From assembly GCF_009914755.1 (NCBI RefSeq), contig NC_060941.1: a stretch of DNA of 64,000 nt. One strand, 5' to 3'. Positions 25,541 to 61,760 of this stretch are shown here, piece by piece; positions within the stretch are counted from its first letter, which is position 1, and each line of letters begins with the position of its first letter. This DNA comes from the human T2T-CHM13v2.0 reference genome, Homo sapiens. Both the position numbers and the translations under genes were made by a program. The notes beneath the pieces were generated by a model that saw only the letters and a program-made list of their open reading frames with translations, was not told where the DNA came from and did no database searches.

Positions 25541-28452
25541 GGTGCCTCCGGGCTGCTGTATCAGGCAAGGCTCAGCCAGGAGAGGTGGGTAGGAGCAGCT
25601 GCACGTCAGGTGCAAGAGAAACAGGTGCAAGAGCTGTTACCTGCTCTGCTGCAGCTCCTGGAGTCAAGGTGAACCTGAAACCCAGCCCCTCCCGGCTAAG
25701 TAAACAGAAGCAGAGGCCGGCTCAAGCTGATGAATATTCATCATGCCAGAAATCCAATCCCAGCGCCCCTGCATCCACCCAGAAGCCAGGGTTCTCCAGG
25801 GACCGCCACGCAGGAGGAGGGAATCCCAAGGGAGATCTGGGGTCAGGGAGCACAGGAGGCTCTCGCTCAGTTTCCCCACTCTTGGGTGTCTGGTTGCACT
25901 TCCCAGCTATAGCCAGGGTCACCCCACCCATTTCATCTTCTGAGGAGGCGCAGACCCCTCTCCAGCATGGACCACCACCTGGATGTTGCCCAGGGCACAA
26001 CCAGGAAAGAGTTAAGGGCTGCTGCTTCCATTGGCAGGCTGGGTAGGACGGGGTGCACCCCAGCTTCCTTTGAACTCCCTGAGTCGAAACCAGTCCCGGT
26101 TAAACTGGTTGGCAGACCGGTTCCCAGGCTGTCCCTCCCCTGCCTCAAGCCTCAAAGTGGGGACTGGGTTGGGGGCTGTGGCTTCCTCCTGACCTGAAGA
26201 GCCCCTCTTCAAAAATCTCCCTAGGGAGAAAAAAAAAAAGGGCACAGCCTCTCCTCGGGCCAGGCTCTCCAGACCCACCACAACCTCAAACATTGTCATC
26301 CCTCTCCCACTTTGCTTGGAGGTGGGCTTCAAGGCCCTTGAGATCTTATGCAGAATTCCGTGTTTGTGGGCAGAGGGGCATTGCTTTTTCTGCATAGATT
26401 ATACTTTTATCAGACTCTCAAAGAGACCTGTGCCAGTGTCCCCACTAGCAAAGTGCCACTGGCTTCAACTCCTCCCAGATGTCCAGCAGTCTATTGAAAG
26501 GGCCTTCCTGGGTATTATAAAGTTGGCAAAACCTGGAGCAAGTTCTCAAGGAAAGGAGAGATGGGTCCCTAGTGAGTCTGGAAGAGAAGGAAGGGCAAGA
26601 AGGCAGGGGATGGGCACACGGTTGGGGACAGGGGTAGAGTGTGTGTGCACAGGGGCCTTCGTCCTCACCGATCTGCAGTCTCATTGCCCCTGCAAACCCA
26701 CCATTGGCCAAGCTGTGTGCAGCGCTCAGCCAGGGCTGCTCTTGCAGATGGCTCCGTGTCTGGGGAGCGTTGTTTTGCAGCCACCCGGAGGTGGCCTGTC
26801 CTATTTGCGCTTGCATTCTCTCTCCCCTCGGATGGGCATCGCTGGAGAGTGGAAAACATCTGCTACATACTCAGTGTCTCTGCCACTTCCTGGGCCCAGT
26901 GCTACCAGCTTAGGTGCCCAATCCACCCACCAGCTACCTTCCTCCATGGACCAGGTGTGCGTGTCAGGCAAAGGGTGAGGCACGGGGTAGAGAAAAGGCA
27001 TAAAATCCCCCCTTTCCCTGGCTCTCCCTCTAAGTTACATTTGAAATCCCAGCTCACCAACTCTTAAAGCTGTCCCCCATTTCCAATCCTGCTTCTACTC
27101 GCTCCAGCTTCTGATGGCCTCTTGGGTTTGTATTCTCCTCCATCTGAAATAGCCCCCCTTCCCTTAAAATGTCCTTGGGTGGACAGTCCTCCAAAGCCTC
27201 CCCACAGCCCACAGCAGAACCCGCTTGGCCTGGCTCTCCTAGGATGGGGCCTCTGCAGCCTCCTCTCATGCACACCCACCCCTGCCAACTCTCCCTGAAC
27301 ACTAGGCTCTTCTCTGCCTGCCTTTGTAGGCATGAGGCTGCCTTAGAAGGGTGAGATTAGGAGTGCTGGCTGTGCTCTTGGGTAACAATGTCCCCCCCAT
27401 CACCTGTGCGACCCAAGAGAAACTTCTTTTCATCCCTCAGAACCTGAATTAATGATCACACCTCCCACCCCGCCAGGAGTTTTCTTGTTTCCCCTTCTGT
27501 GTTCCCATAGAACCTGCTCATATACTTCTATTTAACATGATATATATACCATGATTGGTTTCCACTTACAGACTTTTAGCTCTTAGAGCCCAGAATTATG
27601 TATCACTGATCCAGACCAGACATACAGTAGGTACTTATGCAAGCTCGAAAACACAAATGAGAAACAGAAACATTGTTTTTACCCAAAGAAACTGTTATTG
27701 TAGCCAATTGCTTTGTCCCACTCTCCCTGGGGCAGGTAAATGTGCAAGAAAACCCATTTATTTGCCTTCTTGTGGTTCCAGCCACAGCTGGCTTGCTGTC
27801 ATGCTATCATCTCCCTGGGGGGTGATTTGAATTGAAGGATATAATTTTGTAAGGTCCCCTACCTCTAGTGCAAAGTACACACAGCTGTCCCAGAAAGGTG
27901 CCCACAGCCTCCTAGATCTGTCACTTTCTATAAAAGCCTCGTCTACTCAGAGTGGATATCTGGTTCAGAAGACAAAAACTCCTTCCAGCTCAGGTGTTGG
28001 GAAGAGACCAGAAGGCTAGTGGGATGGGCTTTGGTCTGGGGGATGGTAACTCAGAGTCAGTTCCCCGTTCCCCATCCATAGAAGGAAGGGCTTGCCCTGG
28101 AGGTACTAATTCCCCATGCCTCGGAGATCCAGCCTCTCTGATGTCTGAGCCCAGGGGAGCAGATTCCTGTTCTCTTGGCTCCACACTGGAGAAAGAGCCC
28201 CCATAAGTGCCGTGGCAGGCCTACCTGTGGCTCTCCCTTCCCAAGTGCCACCAGTCCCAGGTGCAGGTGTGAGGACCTAGCGCATTACCAGGGAGGGGCC
28301 AGCCTGGGAAGTCAGGCACAACCCCTGGCCTTCAGGGCATTTATTTCTGGGAGGAGCAGGGCTGGGAGGAAAGTTTGAGATAAGGCTGTGAGCTACGAAT
28401 ATAACTCCTCACGTACAGGCCACTTTATTGCTTTATAAAAATTTTCACCTTT

Positions 28453-28747
<295 letters not shown>

Positions 28748-29444
28748 TCACCTTTAAGCACACCTTTCTAAAACTAGGTTTAAGTGTAACATGCTATATA
28801 CATGCAGTGTGCACGTCTCAAGAAATGTGTTCTTGTTGAGTAAAGCAAGTTAAATTCACCTAAGGGAGCCCAAGGACCTTGGTGCCCTTTTGGGGTACAC
28901 AGCCATGGGGCCCCATTGCATTACAAATCTAATCAGCCTGGCATATCCATCCCATTTTACAGATCTCTGCCCAGCAAGTAGATCTAGGCTTCAGGGACAT
29001 TTCTTCCCTAAAACACGGAGAAGAGAGGTGCTGCCATTCTCCTCAGCTCTCCCCATTCTCTGGAAGGCCAGGAGATTGGAGATCCTGGGGGTGTCCAGCC
29101 TGGTCGAGGTGACAGGTGGGGCAAGACCAAAGATCAGTCTCTGGTGGGCTACACCAGGTGCAGTGGGGAGGCAGGGGCAGGCAGAAGCTGCATTCTGATC
29201 TGAGGTGGGTGGTGGGGCTGCCATTGGAGGGGGCTTTCTCCTTGTTTTCATGCGAGGCGTTCCCTTCAAGGAGATCTCAGCAGGGAGTGGGGGTATGAGC
29301 AGCCAATATTAGGGGGACTGTGTTCCAGGCACTCTTCCAAATGTTCCATAGGTGTGAACTCTTGATCCCCACAGCTGCCCCTTAAGGTGGATTCTCTAAC
29401 CGAGTACACCCATTTGCACCCCGTCAGCAATTTTCCTGTTGCTG

Positions 29445-29918
29445 TTTGCATTCGTTTCCTGTAGCTGCCATGAGTTACCATGAACTCCATGGCTTGAAAC
29501 AACAGAAATGGATTCTTCTGACCTATCCAGTAAGTCAGAAGTCAGAAATGAGTTTAACTGGTCAAGACCAACGAGTTGCCAGTGCTGTGATCCCTCTGGA
29601 GGCTCCAGGGAGAACCTGTCCTTGATTCTTCCAAGCTCCTGGTGACTGCAGGCACTCCTGGGCTTGTGGCCACATCACTCCAATCTCTGCCTCCTTTGTT
29701 TTCACTTCTGTGGGTTTGGCTAAACTCCCTCCACCTCTCTCTTATAAGGACACTTGGGATGGCATTTAGGGTCCACCCAGATAATCCAGGATTCTCTCAT
29801 CTCAAGACGTTTAACATAATCACATGTGCAAAGAGTCTTTTTCCAAATAAGGTCACACTCATAGCTTCTGGAGATTTGACATGGTTATCTTTGGAGGGAT
29901 CATTTTTCAGCCTTCCAC
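29445..29918 (-). mobile_element. MLT1 solo LTR
   Basis: ggcttgaaacaacagaaat...cacatgtgcaaagagtcttttccaaataaggtcaca. Confidence 0.75.
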
Positions 29919-30334
29919 GTTCTTCATTCAGACAACCTCTCTGTATTGTCAGACATAAGTGTGCTTCCTACATCCTTTTTCAGGGAAGGACTTGCTGCCA
30001 GGTCACAGGAGTGTGGTCAGCAGTTGGCCATCAGCTCCTTCAAGGTCTGTCTCAGCGACAGAAAGCCACCTTGCCCTAGGGCTACCATTCTGGAGCAGCG
30101 CACTTCTAGGGATAAAAAAGCCCAGCCATTTCAGCCCCATGAAGGACATTCTCGGAGCAATATTCACTCAGAGGCCTCCACCACATTGACTAAAGCTTTG
30201 CTGGGCCTGCAGTGCAGTTGGATTTCTGCCTCTGCCCAGCATTGCTTCCATCTGATTCCTCTCACAGGAAATGATTCCTAATAAACATCTTGCCCCCCAA
30301 AACACCACCTACTTCTGTAGAATGCAACCCATGA

Positions 30335-35030
<4,696 letters not shown>

Positions 35031-36126
35031 CACTGGATGATTTTCAACATGTTACGTAATTAATCTTTGGCTTCCTTGCCTTTAAAATCTGGTTAATGAT
35101 GGTACCCACATTATAAGGTTGTTAGAAGAATCACATTAGATAAGGCTTGTAAAACATTTAGATCTACACTGGCACGTGGGCATGTTTATCACGTAATAAG
35201 CAAGCTAACAACAACAATAATGGATGGCAAGGTAGGCTGCCTACACGGTGCCTCGGGGCTCTGTGCTTCCTTGTCCAAAGCTGGTGCAGCCCTGGTATAT
35301 CCTCCTCACCTCTCTACATGTGCTGCCCCTCTCCCAGGGTCCCATCTGCTAAATCAGCAGAGAACTGAGAGATTCCTGGTCAGAAACCTACCATACCTCT
35401 CTCTGCCTCCTTCTAGCTGCTGGGAGCCCCGATGACTAAAGTCTCCTGAAGGAGATAGAGTCGATGCCCTGGATGCCAGACCAATTATGTGCTTATCTAC
35501 CCACAGACCCTGAAGTTCCCTGTGGCCTTGGAAAAGTGCAGAAACCCGCCAAAGGCCCATGCTCCTACACTCTTTGGGAACACAGAAGCATGTGCCTTTG
35601 GCAGGCTCTCCCCCAGAGCCTCTGCAGTCAGCAGAGGCAGGTTCTCTCCCAGAGCCTCTGGCTTTGGGACAGCCTCCCTGGAGTCAGTAGCTGGGCAGAA
35701 CTGTTCTCAAACATCCTTCTGCTCCACGTGAGTCACCTTGGGGAGCTGTGGGTGGGGCTGAAGTGCTGGTGGTCCCTGCTTCCATCAACTCACCTGGGCT
35801 GGGTCTTCCAGACCCACCCTGTCCTGTTCTGCCCAGCCTGTTGGTTCAAGGAAGAGAGATAGATACACCTTGAGGGCAGGGCAGTGCCTTGCTCTTGAGA
35901 TGTCCCAGACAGCCCGGAGCACATAGTTGGGGCCCAGTTAAGTGTGTGTTTAATCATGGAGGAGCCTGAGCAATTCCTACAGTCTGAGTCAGGCTGACTC
36001 AGATGGGAGCCAAATTCCCATGAAAGATCCCTGAAAAGGCCCTTAATTCAGCCCTATGAGCCATTTTCAGAGCAGTTTTTCAATCCGTTCTATAATAATA
36101 ATGATCATATATGACATATATATATA

Positions 36127-36748
<622 letters not shown>

Positions 36749-37072
36749 CATATATGATATTTCATATAGGGAGAGTTTACAAAGCATGAGAAATACAGCC
36801 ACAGTATGTTGTAAACTGTCATGAGTTACTAGTGTGTTTATTTAAGCCTCTAAACAGAAATACCCTGAGATAGGATAGCTGTTATCTCCATGTGGGGAAA
36901 CTGTGGCTATCAGATAGGTTATAGAAATGGTCCAAGACCTCACTGGGCAGAATCTAGGTCTTCCTGCTGCTGTATCACACTATGCATTTCAATCAAAAAT
37001 TTACTAAGCCTCAAGTGTTGTGCTGTGGTGAACAGGAGCTGGGGAAGGAATATTTAGAAATGGCATACCCAG

Positions 37073-37422
<350 letters not shown>

Positions 37423-37499
37423 TCAGCCTACCCTCCCTCCTTACTCTACCCACTTCTTGGCCAATCTCAGACTCTCCCTTAGCTTCAGCCACCACTCGG

Positions 37500-38440
37500 A
37501 CCACAGATTAGCCAGCTTGTGACTCTCCAAGCTGTATCTCCAGCCCCGACAACTCCCTCGAACTCCAAAATTATAGACCCAAGTGCCTTCTGCACACTTT
37601 CCATCTGGGGGTCTCCCAGCATTGCCAGACTAGGTTCAAAGCTAGACCCCCTCCTCCGCAACACCTGCTCAGCATCCTGCATCCCTGTCTCAGGTGGTGG
37701 TTCCCACCTAATCACCTAGGTGTCATCCTTAGTGTCTCTCTCCTCCACCCAAACAGCCAATCAATTGCCAAGTCCTATACATTTTCCTCCTAAATATTCC
37801 TCAGATCCAGCCCTTCCCCTTCCTCCTCATATCTTGTGTCCCAGCTCAGGCTATAATCCCTCGATAACAACCTCCTTCCAGCCTCCTTGTCCCCAGTCTT
37901 ATCTCCCATGCATCCATCATCCCAGCAGCCTATCTGTACAGGTTCCTCCCTGCCTCAAACCCCTTCTGTGATTCCTCTGTCTGAAGGGATGAAGTCCAAG
38001 TTCCTTAATAAGTCTCCCTTTGATATGGCCTTTCCACCCTTACAGCCTCTCCTCTAGCCACTCGCTGCCTCAAACCATCTACGGCATAGAGGTTGGCCTG
38101 CCCGCGGAGCCGACTTCATCTTGAAATTCTTCATCATTTTGTAACAAGCAGCTGTGCATTTCCATTTTGCACTGGACCTCACAAATTACGTTGCCCGTCC
38201 TGCCTGCCTGTTGTTGCTTGCACCCCTCTTGCAGTTTGTGGCCACCTAAGCTTTGTCTGTGTAGTCTCCTCCACCTAAAACTCCTCTTCCCACATCACCC
38301 AGCTATCTTCAGCTCTTCGTTTAGACTCAATGTAGGTGTTCTCTTTGGGACGTCTCACCGACTCTCTTCCTTCCCCTTCCCTGCCCTAATCGCCCAACAC
38401 GTTGCAGGTGCTCAACCATGTCTATTAGAGAAACTGAATG
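37500..38440 (+). mobile_element. Degenerate L2 fragments
   Basis: L2-like body and a 3'-end-like segment gcaggtgctcaaccatgtctattagagaaactgaatga. Confidence 0.5.
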
Positions 38441-38518
38441 AGGAGGCAAAGCATGACAAGTGCCACAAGAGACCTGCACACTGCTCTGGATGGTAAAGCG
38501 ACGCAAGGAGGGAAGAAG
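38438..38518 (+). CDS. CDK5RAP3: Alternative upstream first coding exon of CDK5RAP3 (MRRQSMTSATRDLHTALDGKATQGGKK; predicted 531-aa isoform)
   Basis: ATG at 38438, 27 codons, phase-0 donor AAG|GTATTT compatible with exon 2. Matches my recollection of a long annotated isoform. Confidence 0.65.
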
Positions 38519-38941
38519 GTATTTGCAACGGCCTCCCAGATCGGCGCTAGGACCCCGCCAGCAGACGTCTCAATCTGCGTGGAGAGGACCCAGCGCTCGC
38601 CAGGGGAAGCGGCTGCCAGGCTGGGCTCTCGAGCGCCGCCTGTCGCAATCCCACGGCCGCTGCAGCGCACCCCCTCCCGTCCCCTGCCCTGAGCCCGCCT
38701 CGCGTCTCCAATTGGCTGTCTCCATTCTCCCGCCCCTCCCGAGCTCAGCCATTCGGAGCCTGGGGTGGGCGGGGCTTGAGGCCTGAGTGGAGCGTAAACC
38801 CTGATTGGCTGTACGGAAGGCGGCGACGTGGCCGAAGGATGCCCGTTTGTGTCTAAACGGAGGCTCGGCCACAACGCCACTGGATTGGTGGTAGGGCGGG
38901 GCGGGCCACAGTCTCCAGCCTGAAGCGGAAGTGGAGGAAAG

Positions 38942-49301
<10,360 letters not shown>

Positions 49302-49549
49302 CACCCTCCGTGTTCTTGCCTGCCCATCTTCTCCGCTTTTGGGATGAAGATGATAGCCAGGGCTGTTGTTTTGGGGCCCTTCAAGGCAAAAGACCAGGCT
49401 GACTGGAAGATGGAAAGCCACAGGAAGGAAGCGGCACCTGATGGTGATCTTGGCACTCTCCATGTTCTCTACAAGAAGCTGTGGTGATTGGCCCTGTGGT
49501 CTACCAGGCGAAAACCACAGATTCTCCTTCTAGTTAGTATAGCGGACTT

Positions 49550-49555
49550 AATAAA
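49550..49555 (+). terminator. CDK5RAP3 polyadenylation signal
   Basis: AATAAA ~250 nt after the stop codon. Confidence 0.85.
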
Positions 49556-49648
49556 AGAGGAAAAAACTCTTGCTTCAGTACTGACAGTTCCTTATGCTGC
49601 TTCTCTGAGCCTGCAGTTGAGGCTTCGCACCTGTTTTCGTGGGGTTCT

Positions 49649-49684
49649 TGATCCAGGTGGGCTCCCTGATCCAGGTGGGCTCCC
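49649..49684. repeat. Perfect 18-bp tandem duplication (TGATCCAGGTGGGCTCCC x2)
   Basis: Read directly from the sequence. Confidence 0.95.
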
Positions 49685-52395
49685 CAGGCCATCAGCTGTC
49701 ACTGTGGAGCCCCAAGTTGAGGACTTTTCCCCTTTGCTTCTGGTGATAAAGAGGACCCCACATCTACAAATGGTTCAGTAAGGGGCTCTGGGATGGCTAC
49801 ATGTGGGCCCCTTTCCATAACCAGGCCCAGGCCGCCCGACTCAGGCCAGAAGCCCTGGGGGAGCGGTCAAGCAGCAGCCTTGTTGGAGCCAGCAAAGCTG
49901 CATTTTCCTTTTAATCACAGCTTACCTCCAGGCAGAGGGAAAATGCGGTTTGGGGAGGAAGGGTCTGATAAACAAGGTGGAGACAGGAGCTGTCACCTTC
50001 CCTGGCTGCCTGTCCACTTCCTGCCCATAACTGCCCGCTCTGTGATCGGATAGAGCCCACCCCAGGATAGCAGCCCTCTCCCAAGCCACCTACCCATCCC
50101 CATTTCCCAGGAAGGGTAGGGGTTGGGGGTGGCCGGCAATTCGATTTTAATTTCATAGCAGAGCAGTTGATTCATGGCTCTTTGTCGCTGGCGTTGACTC
50201 CCGTAATGACTTTCCATCAAAATGAAAAGTGGAGTGACACCACTCATTATTCCTGCTGCTTGTTATCTCAGTTCTGGGGAGGGCCACCCCCTCCCCACTG
50301 CCTTTCAGCCGTCCTGGACAGTGAGTGATGGCGCCTATTAATCACCGACCCCGCGGACTCCAGCCAAAGGAGAGAGAGATAAGGCAGCATGAACTGCTCG
50401 AAGCCGTTCCTATCAATTAATGTCAACCCACCACTTCCCCCCAATCTTTGCCTGGTCACCTCTTTCTGGGGGATCAGGGGCTGAAATGAGAAGTCCGGGA
50501 ATTGGAAAAATATTGGTGTTGAACATGGAGGTAAGACTCCGCAGACTAGCAGGGTATAGAGGAGGTAAGTGGACTGCACTCTGGCCTCAACGCTCAGGAG
50601 GGATGCTCTTGGCTTAGGGAACTGCCTGCTGCTCTTGGTCCCTCTCCCTCTGGGAGATTGCCTGCTAGCTCCTGCCCCACCTGTTCAGCTGCTGGCTCCG
50701 TTGGCCATCTGGCCAGCCTCTTGCAGTAGCAGTCAGTTCACTGAGGCATACTACCCTTGCCCACTCTAATGTCCTTTGCCCAGTCACCAGCTGTTACGCA
50801 GACTCCATTGCTTACAGCAATGGAGCTTCAGGGAGAAACCCCGTGGACCAGGTGACCATGGCAGACCGGGTTCAGGCCTCCAAAGCTTCTGCCCCTGCGC
50901 TTGCAGATGAGCACCTGACCTGCTTTCCCAGCCCTGCCTAAGGTCAGCGAGGGGAAGCAGTACTCACTGAGGTTTGGCTATTTTCCCAGGAAGGGAAGTG
51001 GGTTTAGATAGAGTTTTCTCAGCTGATTTTGGCCCCCTTGGTAAGCAGTGTGGTTAGGCCACTGCTCTGGATCAGAGATACTAGGTGACTGCTTAACAGG
51101 TGACATCAAGGCCCACCCTGATCCCCAGGCTGAGGCAAGTGGTTTCATGAAAGCCTTTAACTCGATAACATTGGGTTTGTTCTCCAGAACCTTTAGCCTC
51201 CCTTTCCTTTACCGCCGCCTGCTTCCTGAGTCCAGCCCTCCTGGCCATGCTGAAGGCACTGAAGGGATCCACCTGGCTGGTTCTCCCTGGCAAGAGCAGC
51301 TCTGTGTCTTTCAGGTCTGCCTCCAGCTTCCCTGAGCTTCACTGGTTGTATTTGGGTTCCTGCTTGTGTATCTCAGAATGCCCTCAGAAGTCGTTGTAGG
51401 GACAGAATGAGTTAAGATATGCAGAGCTCTTAGAACGCTGCCTGGTGCGGAGGAGGCTCTTGCTGGACATGTGTGAGCTCTTATTTTTGGTTTGGGGAAC
51501 CATGATGAGGACTCTCCATCCTGGCCTAACTTGTCTTCTTGGAAAGGAGAGGTGAGGGGCTTTAGGGGAGCTTGAGACCAAGTTTCAAGCAGTCAGGTTG
51601 AAACTTCCCTCTTTCAGGGAAAGAGGGAAGCGGTGCACCAAGATTACACCCTCAGAATCCTTAGTTTGATGTGAATTATGCTGCCAAGAGCACACTATAC
51701 TTTTGTGTTGACTTTTATCCCACCTCTTTCCAGAGAGGATTTAAGGCAACGCCTCTCACTACTTGGCTAAGACTCCTCACCCGGCTTCAGATAAGGAAGC
51801 AGCGAGTCACCTTTCCAAAATTCTCTGCTTGCTAAATCCAGCCACGGCTCAGCCCCACTCACTGCCTCTCTGCCCAAACATTGCCTCTCTCCCTGCGTCA
51901 GTTCTACCGTGTCCTCTCCGGTGTGGTTCTCTTTATAGACCACAAAAGTAGGATCCCTTTGCACTGCAGCCTGCAGTGGCTGACTGTGAACATGGGATAA
52001 GTGGAGTGCTAAGGCTCGTTCATCTGGGCCCCAGCGGTCCACCCCCTGTGCCCCTCTGAGGGCCTGCCAGTATCATGGGGAGTCTGGCACATCTAGAATT
52101 CCTTTCCTATTGCCAGTTCAGAGCAGGGAACAAGCTGCATCATTCAGAGTGAACATCTCCTCACCCATCTAAAGAATTAACCTGCTCTGGAGACCTGGCC
52201 GGGAGTTGAGGACAAAAGAAAGGCACATCCCCAGCCTTTGGGAGCAGAAGCCAACCTTGCTGGAGCTCCTCACATGCACCTCCCAACCACCATTAATTCC
52301 CCAGAATTAATGGTTGCGTACAGTTTCTCCCCAGAAACCCAGGTCCTGTGGCTCTTCTCTGCCTTTTCATACACTCCTACCTGTTCTGTTAATGA

Positions 52396-54931
<2,536 letters not shown>

Positions 54932-55979
54932 CAGAGTGCCTGCCTACCCCGAGGATCATTTCTGGGCCTCATCTCTCCTCTTTCACTGTTTGGTTGAGGA
55001 CATTTCTGGAGAGGAAAGTAGAGGGCTATTGTCCCATCCTTTTGGAGATATCATTGCTTCATAGAGTTAGGTTTGCTATCAAAGCTGGGGCCTCCTCCCT
55101 GTCTGAATACCACCATCTGCTGGGCTTTGAGCAAGCCGTTCTGCCCTCTGAGCAATCGGGCCCGAGGAGCTGCGTCCAGGGTAGCTGTCCCGCCTGGCAG
55201 AGCCTGAGCCCAGCAGGAGGGCATCAAGGCTGCTGCAGGCGTGTAGAGCCCGGGGGCACCAGCTGACCCGGATCTGCCTGTGTCCTCCAGATGCCCTTCC
55301 TCCCTGGTGACTGCCAGGGCCTCTCTGAGTAAATTGGCCCTGAGTAAACTCTTACTTAGCCAGCCCGCCACGCTCCTCTCATTCCCCAGGCTTCAAAGAA
55401 AACCAGTTTGAATATTTAAACTTCTCCTGTGTATCTAATAAAAAGTTCTGCACTACTTAACGCCCCAGCTATCCATTACTGTCGGGAGCTGCCCTCTCCC
55501 TCCCAGCATTCCCCTCCCTCCCTCTCACCCAAACCACGCGCATGGCAAAGCCATTTGTCAAACCGCTCCCGCCACTGGCTGCGCTTGGCTGTGTCTGAAA
55601 GGACAAGCCGCCCCACAGGGGAAGGTGGGAATGAATAAAGGGGCTATGCAAATTGCTGCTTAATCTGCAGAGAAACACCCAGGCTTTGGGGAGACGCTCA
55701 TTACTTCTTTTAACTGTGATTAACGGGCAAATTAAACCCAAGCCCTTAACTCTCTCCTGGCAGAGGACTTGAACGCAGAGCCCTGGGCCAGTGAGGTTGG
55801 AGGGAGGTAGTTGCATCTGTACCTGGGGACCAGGACCGAGGAGCATCCGCACTGCCCCTTAACCCTGGTAGAAGGGAGGGGAACCCCAAATGCCTGAGGG
55901 CAGACCCAGCACAACTAATCTTAAAGCACAGGGAAGGAAGAACTTAGTTCTTTCAGAAGACAGTTCTGTCTGTCATTCA

Positions 55980-61760
<5,781 letters not shown>

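Noticed and set aside
26316-26978. 220-aa ORF, the longest in the track
   Set aside because: It starts at TTG, has no family resemblance and has composition typical of non-coding DNA.
50525-50572. Two strong + strand donors (GAG|GTAAGA, GAG|GTAAGT)
   Set aside because: No convincing acceptor or ORF; a lncRNA or readthrough exon cannot be supported from sequence alone.
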